From Porphyridium purpureum (Eukaryota): DNA of 64,000 bases. The DNA lies in the NCBI GenBank assembly GCA_008690995.1, contig VRMN01000013.1, positions 310,001-374,000 of the forward strand. The letters run 5' to 3'. The first letter of the stretch is position 1, and every line of letters starts with the position of its first letter. Made by a program: the position numbers and the translations under genes. Below the pieces are notes generated by a model that did no database searches, had not been told where the DNA came from, and saw only the letters and a list, made by a program, of their open reading frames with translations. Below, one piece after another: positions 11,901-22,458 of the stretch.

Positions 11901-13062
11901 GACATTAATACTGAACAACGCGCTTCCCAAACTTGGGTATCGATTCGAAAATGGGAGCTGGGTGTGTCGCAAAGCAAAAACACCGCTCAGTGATGTCCAG
12001 GCAAGCTGTGAGACCCAGCGCTCATCAGGAACCGTTGCTTGTGAGCCATGGATTCGCACTACTGTCGGCCAGCTCATGTGGCTTGCAAGAGCTGCCAGGC
12101 CTGATCTTGCCCACGCCGCTGCGTGGGTGGCGCGGTACGTCGACGCTTGGGACGACCGCGCTTCGTCGGCGCTCGACCGAGTACTGCGATACCTGTTGTG
12201 GCACAAAAACGCTAGCGTTGTGTATCCGCGCCCACCGGAGGCAGACAAAAACGGTCTACTCTCATTTCGACTGGAGGTATTTTGTGACGCAGATTTCGCG
12301 GGATGTCTGAGTACTCGACGCTCGACTACAGGCTTTGTGGTTTTTGCCCGATCGGGGGCGCTTGTGTATTTGTTGGAGTGGCACTCTAGCCGGCAGCGAT
12401 CATGCAGCACAAGCACAACTGAAGCTGAGCTTGCGGCAATGGCTAGTTCACTGAAGATTGGTTTAATGCCTGCCTGGTTGATGCAAGAAGATCTGATGCC
12501 ACCAAATGACAAAAGAGGTCCAATGCGCGCAATCTTGCGCTGCGATAATGAGGCTGCGATTGCATGCGTGAGGAGAGGGTGGTCAGATAAGCTACTGCAT
12601 ATGTCAAAAACACATGGAGTCGAAGTCGCGTGGATCCACGAAGTTACCGAGTTAGCAGGGCTGGCGTTACTGGTGAGGATTGATACAAAGGCGAACACTG
12701 CGGATATGTTTACCAAGGCTTTAAGCGCTGACAAGTTCCTCCGACATCGAGACCAGGTTGTGCAGGTGGCTGCTGCCAGCGAGGGGGCGTGTGAAGATAT
12801 CACTGTACACAGCCACCTTATGCAGGAGCCGGAGCACGTGGGGTCGCGAACCGCGACGTGTCCTGCGGATGGCGCAAAAGGCGGAAAGGGCGTGACGACC
12901 CCTTGCCGTGCTGGCAGGGCGTCGCAACCCGTCCGGGCTGCCGTGCAATTACTCTCGGGGACAAGCACGTCCGCACATGCAGCGCGTGTTGCCTTCACCT
13001 GCCCTGCAGGGCACACCGTCGCATTATATAAAGAGCGCCTCGCCCCACGATTGCATGCGTAG
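8992..13062 (+). CDS. Ty1/copia polyprotein (end of Gag with zinc knuckle, PR, IN, RT, RNase H), 5'-truncated
   Basis: CWKCGREGHTRRNC knuckle; WIIDSGASRHM protease; HQRLCH..CDTC plus a D,D35E integrase (SD..TDKGTEY..QMNGSAER); RT motifs KARLVAQG, LYGLPRSG and YVDD; RNase H motifs DADFAG, EAEL, CDN and ADMFTK. Confidence 0.95.
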   Translation: MFELHAMLLAVERQMARHANAAVEGAALLTRARGNPGDYRHSHRSAQARTTFRGACWKCGREGHTRRNCPQNTDKGGHGTDGSSPVGSLGAACFALMTKSYADAARAHVLTKTQPTKSTIPDARWIIDSGASRHMTANRNLLENIRACSERIRVADDREVSASAVGDAWVSNVLLSNVLFVPGLAHSLISVPALTAEGARVKFEHDRCCVEGKNVNWKLEGKLQGGLYALRSSTAQTRAKLEHQRLCHPSDESFCDTCVRAKAARRSYPASSQRAEKPLELVHSDLLTITPQGFRGERYVVTLLDEATGLAGCFPIRHKSETLTALKSMVRAMEAMCGHSVRALRTDKGTEYVNAPTRAWADASGIRLESGPPFVPQMNGSAERFNRTLLERVRAVVLAKGLNKHLWPELAPAVCYVLNRSPNTRGTVPIVACGKSGDLDHLRVLGSRAYVYERGPDKLDARARAGILVGYGERHKVYRILLNGTQTVVEATNVRIIEEDQAHELEATHAETETATGLVHNNGPDVPRLLHESGGDTADNTGLASECRQVTTEEHAWTLDEDEAMANSLISNGWNFERAAEHDDLRRRSPLEILQRARDLGLTEQNFREMLYVNESEEDAGAQRGRSASEEQGLTHTMTPRYQHERGEPVQQDSPPPAPRRSERLRRPPARFWNSPEDAHLSVVMATEPTPCAYVTRLITQKEELETMEAKEAIKKELGAMISMSVFDPDSVIEYDEARKHIGAQFVRGKLIVSEKFVEQDANRRVLKARLVAQGCLVYDCNGHLVRDNTFQYEKPIGLRSARIAIAHGRIAGDLATFDVDSAYLSTELKGPKTFLELPMEARPESWGIRFARPVVPLIKALYGLPRSGADFGADARQKIIKQGWAQASGDMNMYFKAFGCAKVLMALYVDDGLLAGDPEAVDKAILEICAIFKISKAIKRMSKGGNVTFLGMTVDASPDAWSLHSNGYSTLILNNALPKLGYRFENGSWVCRKAKTPLSDVQASCETQRSSGTVACEPWIRTTVGQLMWLARAARPDLAHAAAWVARYVDAWDDRASSALDRVLRYLLWHKNASVVYPRPPEADKNGLLSFRLEVFCDADFAGCLSTRRSTTGFVVFARSGALVYLLEWHSSRQRSCSTSTTEAELAAMASSLKIGLMPAWLMQEDLMPPNDKRGPMRAILRCDNEAAIACVRRGWSDKLLHMSKTHGVEVAWIHEVTELAGLALLVRIDTKANTADMFTKALSADKFLRHRDQVVQVAAASEGACEDITVHSHLMQEPEHVGSRTATCPADGAKGGKGVTTPCRAGRASQPVRAAVQLLSGTSTSAHAARVAFTCPAGHTVALYKERLAPRLHA

Positions 13063-13110
13063 GGCTTCAGTAAAGGAAGTAAGGTGAATACAGGAGAATA
13101 GCAGTCTTCA
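12792..13110 (+). repeat. Probable 3' LTR of the truncated copia element
   Basis: Directly after the PPT and bounded by inverted TGAAGA...TCTTCA, with a TATA-like TATATAAA at ~13025. There is no second copy in the window to confirm the ends. Confidence 0.6.
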
Positions 13111-13393
13111 CTTGCACATCATCATGGCGCTCACCTTCGGTAACACCATCCCCACGGTTCTTTCGGGCATGCCTGTTCAACAGGAGGCGCGCTCGCATTG
13201 GCGGGCTCCATGCGGCTAGGTGGGGGTCCGTGAACAAGGAAAGGACACTTACGCATCCACCTCATTTGGCAAAAGCATTGTGACTAGGTCCAGCAGCCGC
13301 AAGGTTCTGAAATATTCCGCGACGATTCGGCAAAGTCGAAGAAGGGCAGATTGAAGCTTTCCACTGGCAAAACCAAAAGCCGCGGGCCATTAC

Positions 13394-14160
13394 ATGCCAC
13401 GTCCTCGTCCTCGCCCAGGCCATAATCGACCGTCATGCAAGACATTGGGGCAATTCCGGAAGAATAATGGCAAGAAATGGGCTTTCAAGAAGCCCGGACC
13501 GGCACCGCGAAAACGGGAACATCGCCTGATTCGGCACACATTCACGGACAGGCTGAACTTCGCACGGGCAGCGACGCACTTAAAGCTAGCGTGCAGGGCT
13601 AGAACTGCTCGTCTTAACCTGAACAACTTCCCTGACTTTCGTGTCTTTGCGCAAGGGAAAACGTCTTTCTTTTCGGAAGAGAACCGACTCAAACGCCCTA
13701 CGTTTGCTCGAGATGACGTTAATAGATTGCCAATAATTTGGAAGAATGTAATCTACTCCAATGAAACGGTCTCTCGGCTCGACGGGCCGAATGGGCACAA
13801 GAAGACTTACCAGCACGAACGCACGGATTAAACGCCTTGCGTTGCCTGCAAAGCTCACTGACTGCCGAGCGATGTCAGCGCGCCAAGCTAGATGCCATGA
13901 TGCCTAGGGCACTAGAGCTACTATCTTGGTGCCCCGACCCGTTAGATTGTTCATACGGATTATTGCAAGATGACGCGTCTAGACATGTGCCGCAAACCAC
14001 GCACGAGCTGTTTGATTTGGTGGGAATCTCGCTGCCGACTGGCCAGCGCGGTTGCCAGACTGGACCACTTGAAAGCCTGCAGGTGATCATGTTTCGCCAC
14101 ATACCTTGCCAAGGACGCCACTTTATACGCGTAGATAACATAATCTCTGTTTCTATATGA
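13394..14160 (+). pseudogene. Degenerate Tc1/mariner (Tc1/Tc3-like) transposase relic
   Basis: RLNFAR, WKNVIYSNETVSRLDGPNG (cf. W..VIFSDE..F.LDGPDG) and LLQDDASRH (cf. QQDNA..H), spread over broken frames. Confidence 0.7.
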
Positions 14161-14609
14161 CTGCTGGCGAAAGGAAGCGCCAAACCATGTCGAGACCTTG
14201 ATCAAAAGCATTGCCCCGTCACTTGTAGGCCCGCATCGTCGCCGGTGGCCGTCAGACGAAGTACCATTTCCATTGCTGTGTCCAAATCCCTCCTCGACCT
14301 CTTCTTTGTTTCCATCTCACTGTTTCTGTGTCTTACACTTCGGCGCCTCTCTTCCCAGTCGTCCCGTTTGTTCCACGATACCCGTGTCCGCGCCTACCAG
14401 ATGGGTCCTTGGGCAAACAATTTTCTGAGCGAAAGTGGGCCGAGTTTGTCGCACGGAAGCTTTATATCTTCAAGAGTGACCGAGGACTTGGTGAAGTGTC
14501 CAGCTAGCAACCTCGCGCAAGTCGCGTCAGCGCTGCAGGATCAGGTGACATATGCGGGCAAGCAACGGCGGAAGTGCGCGGGGACTTTGTGCAAACGGAA
14601 GCGAACAAG

Positions 14610-15862
14610 ATGACAGGGCGCGGACGGTTGGTGGAGGCCGAGCTGGACGTCATGGTGGTGTCGGCGCGCAACATGCCACAAAGACACCGGGAGCTTGTTT
14701 GGGGGGAAGCAGGATCCGTACGTGAGCTTGCGCCCGGCGTACTCGCAGGAGACAAAGCTCACGACAAAGAAGCAGGGCGCGGGGAAGAGCGCGACGTGGA
14801 ATGAGCGCTTCCACTGGCGGTTGGACGTCGCGGGGGGTCTCCAGAACTTGCACATGAACGTCGAAGTATACGACGCGAATGTCGGCAAGGACCGCCTCGT
14901 GGGCTCAGTGAAAATCAATTTGATTCCCCTCGTCACTACCGCACAATCTACCCCGGCTATTGATGCGTGGTATAGGCTGCGAGGCCACAAGGGAAGCTTC
15001 GCAGGTGATATCTACTTGTCGATCACGCTGCGCACTGTCTTTGAAAGTGCGCCATCTCCGCAGGTGCACAAGCCGACGGCGCACGCCGGCATGCCGTACG
15101 CGGTCGCGCCGTACACGCCATCGCCTCCGCCGCAGTATGGTGCACCTTCGCCGCAGTATGGTGCGCCGTCGCCGCAGTATGGTGCGCCTTCGCCTGATAT
15201 GGTGCGCCTTCGCCACCGCAGTATAGTGCGCCAGCCGCCGCAGTATATGGTGCGCCGTCGCCGCAGATATGGTGCGCCTTCGCCACAGTATGGTGCGCCT
15301 TCGCCGCAGGTATAGTGCGCCTTACCGCTACGCCGTCACAGTATGGTGCGCCTATGGCGCGCCTTCGCCCGCGAGTATGGTGCGCGCGCCGCCAGCTATG
15401 GTGCGCCTTCGCTTAAAAGCTCCGCTTAATGCCAGAGGAAATCAGTACTTTGGCGGCTATGGGCCACCACCTCAAGTTCCTGCGCAGCAGCAACAACAGC
15501 CTCCGCTCCCACAGGCGGATTACAGACAGCATGCGAGTGCCATGTACATACCGCCACCGTCGCCCGTGGGGCATCCGTGGGCAGTGCCAATGCCGCAAGG
15601 CTCATCAGGGGCGGCTTACGGCAACGAATCGTCGCCGGCACCTTATGCGGCGTATCCGCCTCCAGTCCCCGTGCCCACTGTAGGACCATTGCCGCCCGGG
15701 TACAATGAGCCAGCCGACCTTTACGCATCTGGTGCCGCTTACCCAGGCCAGCGCCCTGGTGGGACAACCCCGCACAGTTCTGGATTTCTGCAAGCACCGC
15801 CTGAAGCTACGGGCTACCCTCAGCTATCACGTGCACCTATGCATAATCCCTATTACCCTTGA
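14610..15862 (+). CDS. C2-domain protein with a Pro/Tyr-rich repeat tail (frameshifted in this assembly)
   Basis: LDVMVVSARNM / KQDPYV...ATWNERF...VEVYDANVGKDRLVG...WYRL is a C2 domain. YGAPSPQ repeats follow. The frame changes near 14680 and at 15195-15415. Confidence 0.8.
15128..15412 (+). repeat. 21-bp coding tandem repeat (CCGCAGTATGGTGCGCCTTCG; YGAPSPQ), degenerate
   Basis: About a dozen imperfect copies are visible directly, many with indels. Confidence 0.9.
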
Positions 15863-16100
15863 ATCTGTAAAAGACATCGACACCGGTGCCCCACATCTGC
15901 TCCGCTTGACAGACCCGATCTCCGGGGCTGAAGTATCCGCGCGGGGATCCCATTCCCGCGAGGGCGCAGATATGAGGAAGGCACAGGGTTGGCGAGGAAA
16001 GCGATCCACTTGAATGACAGGAACAAGGGCGCTCTATCTGCCACGCACTCACGCTTGTAGGTGGCGCGGCCGACGCAGCGGTGTTGGCAGCGTCGGAAGA

Positions 16101-16694
16101 ATGGACGTGGATGCGCGCGAGACGGAGATAGCACGCGGCATTGGGCAGGAGGACCCGCAACTTGCAGCAACGGAGCTCGCTTGTGCTGTGAGGTTGCGGC
16201 CGCGCGTCATCATGCTCGTTGGGCTTCCGGGGTCGGGGAAATCGACGTTTGTGTCTGCGCTGCTCGAAGCTGCGGCAGGAGGTCACGCCGAACCCGCGGG
16301 CCACGGACCCGAAGGACGGAGCCCAGGGACGGCCGAGTGGGTGCGGATTAGTCAGGATGCGCTAGGCTCGCGTCATAATTGTGAAAGGGAAGCGCTGCTT
16401 GCGTTGCAGGAGGGAAAGCATTGCATTATTGATCGGTGCAATTTGAACGAGAAGCAGCGCAGCCCCTGGATCGCGCTAGCGCGGAAGTTTGACGGAGTGG
16501 TGGGAGCCATAGGATTTGACGTGCCTGCTGCCACATGCCTTGCACGACTGAAGACCCGCCAGGACCACGAGACGATCACAGCGACCGACGACCACGCACG
16601 CATCCTTCGCGGGTTGACGCGAGACTGGAAAGTGCCGTCTGAACGCGAGGGGGCATCCACTTTTACGTATCCGTGCGGTCACAGAAGTGTGTGA
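16101..16694 (+). CDS. AAA_33-type P-loop kinase-like protein (C-terminus probably frameshifted)
   Basis: MLVGLPGSGKSTF Walker A, WVRISQD, IIDRCN...QRSPW, CLARL..R..HETI and PSEREG. Confidence 0.8.
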   Translation: MDVDARETEIARGIGQEDPQLAATELACAVRLRPRVIMLVGLPGSGKSTFVSALLEAAAGGHAEPAGHGPEGRSPGTAEWVRISQDALGSRHNCEREALLALQEGKHCIIDRCNLNEKQRSPWIALARKFDGVVGAIGFDVPAATCLARLKTRQDHETITATDDHARILRGLTRDWKVPSEREGASTFTYPCGHRSV

Positions 16695-17037
16695 CGGGGT
16701 GGTGAACGACCTTTTGGACGTGCCGGAGGCAGGAGGATGAACTATGATCCCGCACGTTGGATTAGCCGCCGCTGCCGACTGCCTCGACGTGATGAATACA
16801 AAGCCCGAGCAGCGACAACGTGTGCGAACCGACCCACCAGCTCAGGCAGACGCCGGCTGTGCCAGGGTACGGTGCGCAATGGTGCCAGGCGATACCGGGT
16901 TGACGCAGAGCAATGCCAGTCGTGCGTGTTCTCCCACAGCGTAAACAGAAATACGTCGCGCGTGAGCCAGGTCAGTAAAACCGCGCGCCCCGGTCCCTAC
17001 GCAGGGCGGGGCCTGCGGTTAATGCTGGACGATCAAA

Positions 17038-18977
17038 GTGCGGGAGAGGGCGGAAGCGGGCGCGGCGGCGGTCGATGCGGTCGAAACGGGCGCTTCGGTT
17101 TGGCCGCGGCCGATCGACATCAGCCGGGCGTTGATGATTGTGCGCTCCTCGGCTGATATCAAGAATGAGGAAGACATCATGATCTCGCGCGCCCTCCCGA
17201 CGATTGCCACGGGCGTGGACACGGTCGAGGAGAAGGAGACGCATCTGCAGCAGGCGTTGTTGACGTCAATTCTTGGCCAGGACAGGAGCAAGACGATCGA
17301 TATTCCGATTCCGGTCGTGTCAGAGCTGCCGCCAGAGCAGCAGCTCAAGCTGGTGCCGTTCAAGAACCCCAGCTCGTACATAAAGCTTGATCTAACGGAC
17401 GCAGAGTTTCTGGCCATGTCTGTGGACTACGAGGCGGACGCGCAGGACGAAGCGTGGCTTAACCAGCAAAGCGGCATCGACATTGACACATTTGAATGTG
17501 CGATCGACAAGCTTGAAAAGGTGCAGGGCTTCCGACCAGAATTAATACCCTACGCAGGAAGCAATGCACAAGAAGCGCTGCGCATGCTGGATTCGGAGCC
17601 AAAGCGCAAGCAAGTGTTCAACTACTGGCTGGCAAAGCGCCAATCACGCGAAGGAAGCAGGCCTCTGCTTCGCCACTTTCAACCTCCTCCAGATCCAGAC
17701 GATCCTAACCCAGCCGTCGCGTTTCGGCCGGTCCAAAAGGACCAGACAGCGAATCGAAACCGTGCACGCAGTAACACGTATGAAAATTACCGCAAAGTGC
17801 TGTTGCTGTACCAAGACTTGGTCAAAGTTCGTGGTGTGCTCGATGAGATTGCCAAGCGCGAAAGAATCAAGCGTGATTTGTTCATGAAGCGTATTGAGTA
17901 TGCGCGGAAGTTGTCAGAGTTGGCCATCACGAATCCTCGGTTTTGTATCTCATTACCGGACGCAGAAGAGCAAAGCCTCAGGCGGCGGCAGCGCAGGTGC
18001 TGCTGGCGGCTCTGCGGCAGGGGCGGAGGAGAACGAACCGGGCATACCGCTGCCAGGAAGAAGCGGCTTGTTAGCACTGGGGTGGATGCGTTTGGCTTTG
18101 ATGATGCCGCGCAGCACTTTTTGCCACAAATGCGGTACTTTGCCGGTGGCTTTGCTGTGAATGGGGTCGCTTGCTACGATCACCGCGTCTTTTCGGCGGC
18201 GACTCTTGCCCGCAGTCGGCCCTTTGCAGCGCCGACAAACCAATTTGACGCGAATGGCTTGCATACTTACGAGTTTCCTTCCGCTTCGATGCGCTGGGCA
18301 AAGCCGATTCGAGCTGCAGACGTGGATGTGGCGCACCGGCCGGAGCCACGGTTTCGAAATGCACCGGGCCGAGGTAAGTGGAGCGCTAGCGCTCTGGATG
18401 GACAAGAGGATGCCTGGCTTTCGCCAGACAGTGCACGCGCAGCGGCAGCACTGGTAGGAGCACCCGTGGCGCCGGCGCGCAAACGATCGACGATCGTACG
18501 GCCGCGACTCGGCCGAGGCGGGCGTATCATTCTCGACCGCATCGCTACGGACGAACATACTGGAGCTCGAACAGATGCGAGTAGCGATAGAGGCGCTTTC
18601 CGGGGACCACTATCTCGTACAGGCTCTGACTACACGCTCTCGGGGGCGCATACACGGCTGGCGTTCCGTGGAGACCCAGGCTTCGGAGCTCGCCGGAAGA
18701 TCACGACGCTCATCCATTCTTTTTGCTTCGACCTTTGAAGGGCTACGGGCTGCTCGTGCGGCAAAGCCCCGTGCCCGCGGAAGGCGCATGGGCGTGGCCC
18801 ACGCGTCATCAGGGCGCGGACGGCGCAGAAAAGGACGACAGCGTGTCGTCTGTTGAAAGCAGGGACGATTTTGTTTTGGTGACGAGCGCGTTCGAAGACC
18901 GGGAAAGACTTCGGGAGACGATGCCATGGTATGTGAGTGATGACAGCCCGCTTTTAGAAATCCTCCGTGAAGAATAA
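17038..18977 (+). CDS. EPL1: Enhancer of polycomb-like protein (NuA4 subunit); frameshifts near both ends
   Basis: RPIDISRAL, IPIP, VDYEADAQDEAWL, FECAIDKLEK, VFNYWLAKR...PLL, NPAVAFRP and RPRLGRGGRIILDR are typical EPC/Epl1 motifs. Coding appears to continue in ORF 18723-18977. Confidence 0.8.
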
Positions 18978-19192
18978 TATGTATTGTATTTGCTAGACGA
19001 ATCGCCGAACCAGCCGCTGCGTGCGATCGAGACATACTATCTGACGCCTGATGGAGAAGAATGTAAACGTTCTCCGGCTCTCGTGCATTCCCTGCGAAAG
19101 TAGGAGAAACCAACCCATCCAAGTCACTTGTGACCCCATCTTTGCCACACCGCAGACGGTGCGCGAAGGATCATGGCGACGGGCTCTAGCAC

Positions 19193-19746
19193 CTACTCGA
19201 GCCTTTTCAAAAGGGCTTTCTGTTTTCTCTCTGCCGGCGTCAACGTCTCCTCCACGTCGACCAAGTCCGAGATCGCACGCGCCCACAAAATGTACTTCCA
19301 CGTCGCGAGCTTGTCAATGGTGTCTATGTGATGCGAACCCAGCAGCTCGTCGGCCTTGGGGCTGAGGCCCTGGAGCGCCGAGCACGGGAGCGCGACCATC
19401 TGGACTACTTGCCTCGTAACCATATCGACCACTTGTCGGCGTTCGCGGGCAATAAATCCGGGCGCTTGCCCTCGCGCTCGAGCTCGCTGAGCAGCTTGAT
19501 TGCAGAGGCCCACTTGGCGTACTTCCAATTGCCAAACTCCCTCACGGTCTTGACGCCCAAGATCTCCATCATGTCGTCCGCGCGCTCCGTGATCCCCTGC
19601 AGCGCGTGCAGCGGGCCGTCCGCAATCTCGTGCAGCGACTTGCCCTCGCAATCCTTGACCAGCACCTCGGACAAGTTCATCTTGTACGCGCCCATCCAAT
19701 CGGCGTACTCGTCCACCCTGGCCTTCTTCGCCGCCGGCTCCGCCAT
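19193..19746 (-). CDS. Small hypothetical protein with two tandem HhH-like domains (frameshifted near 19380-19430)
   Basis: Repeat 1 is ALQGITERADDMMEILGVKTVREFGNWKYAKWASAI and repeat 2 is ALQGLSPKADELLGSHHIDTIDKLATWKYILWARAI, in two overlapping ORFs. Confidence 0.7.
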
Positions 19747-20542
19747 GCTGCCTCTTCCCCCTCCGTACTACTCCTCACTTCCAGCCACACACACACACCC
19801 CGCCGCCGACCCAATCTCCAACTTCTAATCCACACGCAAACACCTCTCTCTCTCTCTCTCTCCTTGCCCCTCCCATTTCCCACAAAATCCATTTCCGCTT
19901 TCAGCCTTCTCAGAAAGCGCACGCGCGCTCATCCGCCAAAATCTGCGCGCGTACCAGCGTAGAGCAGCGAACAGCGCTGGAACCTACGCAAACGCGCACT
20001 GTACATAGGATGCGTAACGGAGGTGTACAGTGCGTGCCTCGGCAATAACGCATAGGGTTTTACCGTCGCGGTTTTTAACTTTCCGGTACCACAGAAGCCC
20101 GCGTGCGCAGATGGGATGTGCCAGGGGTGGTTGGAATTAGGAGCGTGAATCGGCTGGTGGTGGTTGTTGGCACGTCAGGACGGCTGTGGTTGCTGCGGCT
20201 GCTGCGATCTCTGGACAGCCGGTGCGCGGTAAGCGGAAGTGGATCTAGGTGAATTACCTGAGAGCGAACCTAGGGTAAAGGGAGCGATATGGCGCACGCG
20301 CAGCAAGCGATGCTTTCAGGATGATGGGTATTACGCGCTTGCCTGGTTCAGGGGCGTTCAGCCCCGCTGCGCTGAGGACGCCATTACGCCAGCGCGTCTA
20401 GGCGAGAACGGTTTGTCGCGCCGTCGAGCGCTGCGCAGGGGCCGTGCCAGGGTGCTGGACAGGGACGCCAAAGAGCACGTACGCAGATACGCCTTTGGCG
20501 CTGGCTCAAACTGATTATTTCGAGGGCCAAAGACTATTACTA

Positions 20543-20968
20543 ATGTCGATACGCGCGCAATTACTTTGGGCTCAGTCGCAGGGCTTTCTGGACTGCGCCG
20601 AGCGCGTTCGCGCCTTCGGCAGGGCCAACATGCAGCAGGCCATGGGCTGCATGGAACTCGCCGCCGACGGCGGCGAGTTTACAACCACGCACGAGATGCA
20701 GCATCTGGACTCGCCGCTCGGCGCACTCATACAGTCCGAGGAGGAGCTGCGTGACACGATCAAGGGCATGGTGGATAACGACTTTTACAAGGACTTTTTC
20801 GAAAACGACGAGAATGACGAGGACGAGGTGTACGACTGGCTCTCGCAGCTCGTGACCACTTCGGAGCGCCACTTGGTCGAGCTCACAGACGCGCGGAACG
20901 ACATTCTCGAGGTGGAGGATCGCGCGAACCCTGAAACTCCTCACCAGGACGAAGAGCCGGAAAACTAG
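20543..20968 (+). CDS. Hypothetical acidic helical protein (may extend upstream via a frameshift)
   Basis: Host-like GC3-rich codon usage; no recognisable motif. Confidence 0.45.
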   Translation: MSIRAQLLWAQSQGFLDCAERVRAFGRANMQQAMGCMELAADGGEFTTTHEMQHLDSPLGALIQSEEELRDTIKGMVDNDFYKDFFENDENDEDEVYDWLSQLVTTSERHLVELTDARNDILEVEDRANPETPHQDEEPEN

Positions 20969-21417
20969 CCTGATTTTGCAGACAGGCGGTCTGATTCAAT
21001 CCCATACCCATTCGCCTGCACGTACGAAAAAAAAAGTTTAGTTGGTAGCCAGGGGCCCGCTCGCCACTCTGCTGATTGTGGGCATCAACCCTAGAGGGTA
21101 GCGAGCTGGTCTTCGTCAGAGTAAAGCGTCATACGCATGCTGTATCCTCTTTGAGCACAATTGTGCGCGGCTCCACCGCGAGCGCGAGATTTTGCGCCTA
21201 GTCACAAATGTGACAGCAGCATATCACGAAGGAAGGGGGAGCGCACTGCTGAGTGCGCCTTGCGGCTGCGGACTTCCATACCGAAACGCCTCGAAAAGGG
21301 CACAGGGAACGGCGTGAGAACGGCCAGGTCTGACACGTCGAGTTTCGCCGTCGTGCCGAGGGTGTGGCGGCGAGTTGTGTCTCGGAGGGCAGCAGCGCAC
21401 GGCTCGAAAAGCCCGGT

Positions 21418-22458
21418 ATGGACAAGACGACATTCGAAGCTCAGGTGCCATCACGGGTGTCTGCCATTGTGTCTCTCTTTCACGCGGAGAAGCATTTTCA
21501 AGCCGCGCGAAGCTTGCTGGCGTTAACAGAAGAAGCGGGCGTCTTGAACGCGCAAGGCGCTGTGGACACGGAATGTGCAAGGTATGTTGAAATCCCGCTC
21601 ATTCGGCAGATAGAGAGCGAGGTGCTCAAGACGCTGGAGCTGCTGCGATCCGAGGAAGGCTGGCAGATCTCTTATGAAGGAAATAATACCAAAGTATGGT
21701 ATCGACAGTCAGCCAACTCGTCGCTCAACACTTTCAAAGTTGAAGGCACGCTGCTTGCGCCCGTCGTGAATGTTGCTGCACTGCTAAACGAAATCGACTT
21801 GTTCGGCGAGCTATTCTGGTTCATGAGGCAGACCAAGGAGACCGAGCGCGTCTCGCGTACGCGAACGGCCTTCTCCATCGCGACGTCTCTGTTTTGGCCC
21901 TTGAGCGACCGCTTTGCAAATGTGCTCGGGTACGCAGTGGATGGCCTGGACGAGGATGAGTGCATGATGATTGTCTGCCGCGACATGGACTATGACGTGG
22001 ATGTGAACGCCAAGGGCCAGAAATTTGCCAAGGTGCCCGTGCCCAAGGGCGCGGTGCCGATGAGAGCGGAGCTTATTGGCTGGCAGTTTGTTCCCATCGA
22101 GCCGACGCTGACCACAGTGCGGCTTGTCGCTCACGTCGACCTCAATCTTTCGTTTGTGCCGTCTGCGTTCGTGAATTGGGCGAGCAAGGCGTTTGCGCGA
22201 CACACCATTGCGACGCTAGACCACCAGGCGAAGCAGCTGCCGCCTGCGCACCAGCAGCGGCTCGTCGACCCGGAGAGGCGCCAGGTGTACGACTGGATAG
22301 ACGGGCAGCTACGCAGCTACTGGGAGAAGAAGGGCAAGGCCGACGTGTACGACGGCGGGGAGCTGCACAACGATCCGGGACGCAAGCTGTCGGATGTTGG
22401 GAATGCGACCGGCCCGGACAAGAAGCTCGTGATGCAAATGATGAAGGGCGGGAAGTGA
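21418..22458 (+). CDS. START-like (SRPBCC) lipid-binding domain protein
   Basis: EGWQ...TKVWYR...FKVEG...LLNEIDLF...WPLSDR...VDLNLSFVPSAFVNW. Confidence 0.75.
   Translation: MDKTTFEAQVPSRVSAIVSLFHAEKHFQAARSLLALTEEAGVLNAQGAVDTECARYVEIPLIRQIESEVLKTLELLRSEEGWQISYEGNNTKVWYRQSANSSLNTFKVEGTLLAPVVNVAALLNEIDLFGELFWFMRQTKETERVSRTRTAFSIATSLFWPLSDRFANVLGYAVDGLDEDECMMIVCRDMDYDVDVNAKGQKFAKVPVPKGAVPMRAELIGWQFVPIEPTLTTVRLVAHVDLNLSFVPSAFVNWASKAFARHTIATLDHQAKQLPPAHQQRLVDPERRQVYDWIDGQLRSYWEKKGKADVYDGGELHNDPGRKLSDVGNATGPDKKLVMQMMKGGK

Larger units (their letters stand above)
8986..13110 (+). mobile_element. Ty1/copia LTR retrotransposon lacking the 5' LTR and most of gag
   Basis: Copia pol followed by the PPT GAGGGGG (12781-12787) and a 3' LTR candidate. 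No 5' LTR or PBS is present upstream, and the frame is closed by TAA at 8974. Confidence 0.85.

Noticed and set aside
11895..13016. 373-aa antisense ORF in copia pol, and similar antisense ORFs over AspRS, CA and ilvD
   Set aside because: Shadow ORFs expected from GC-rich codon usage; no motifs.
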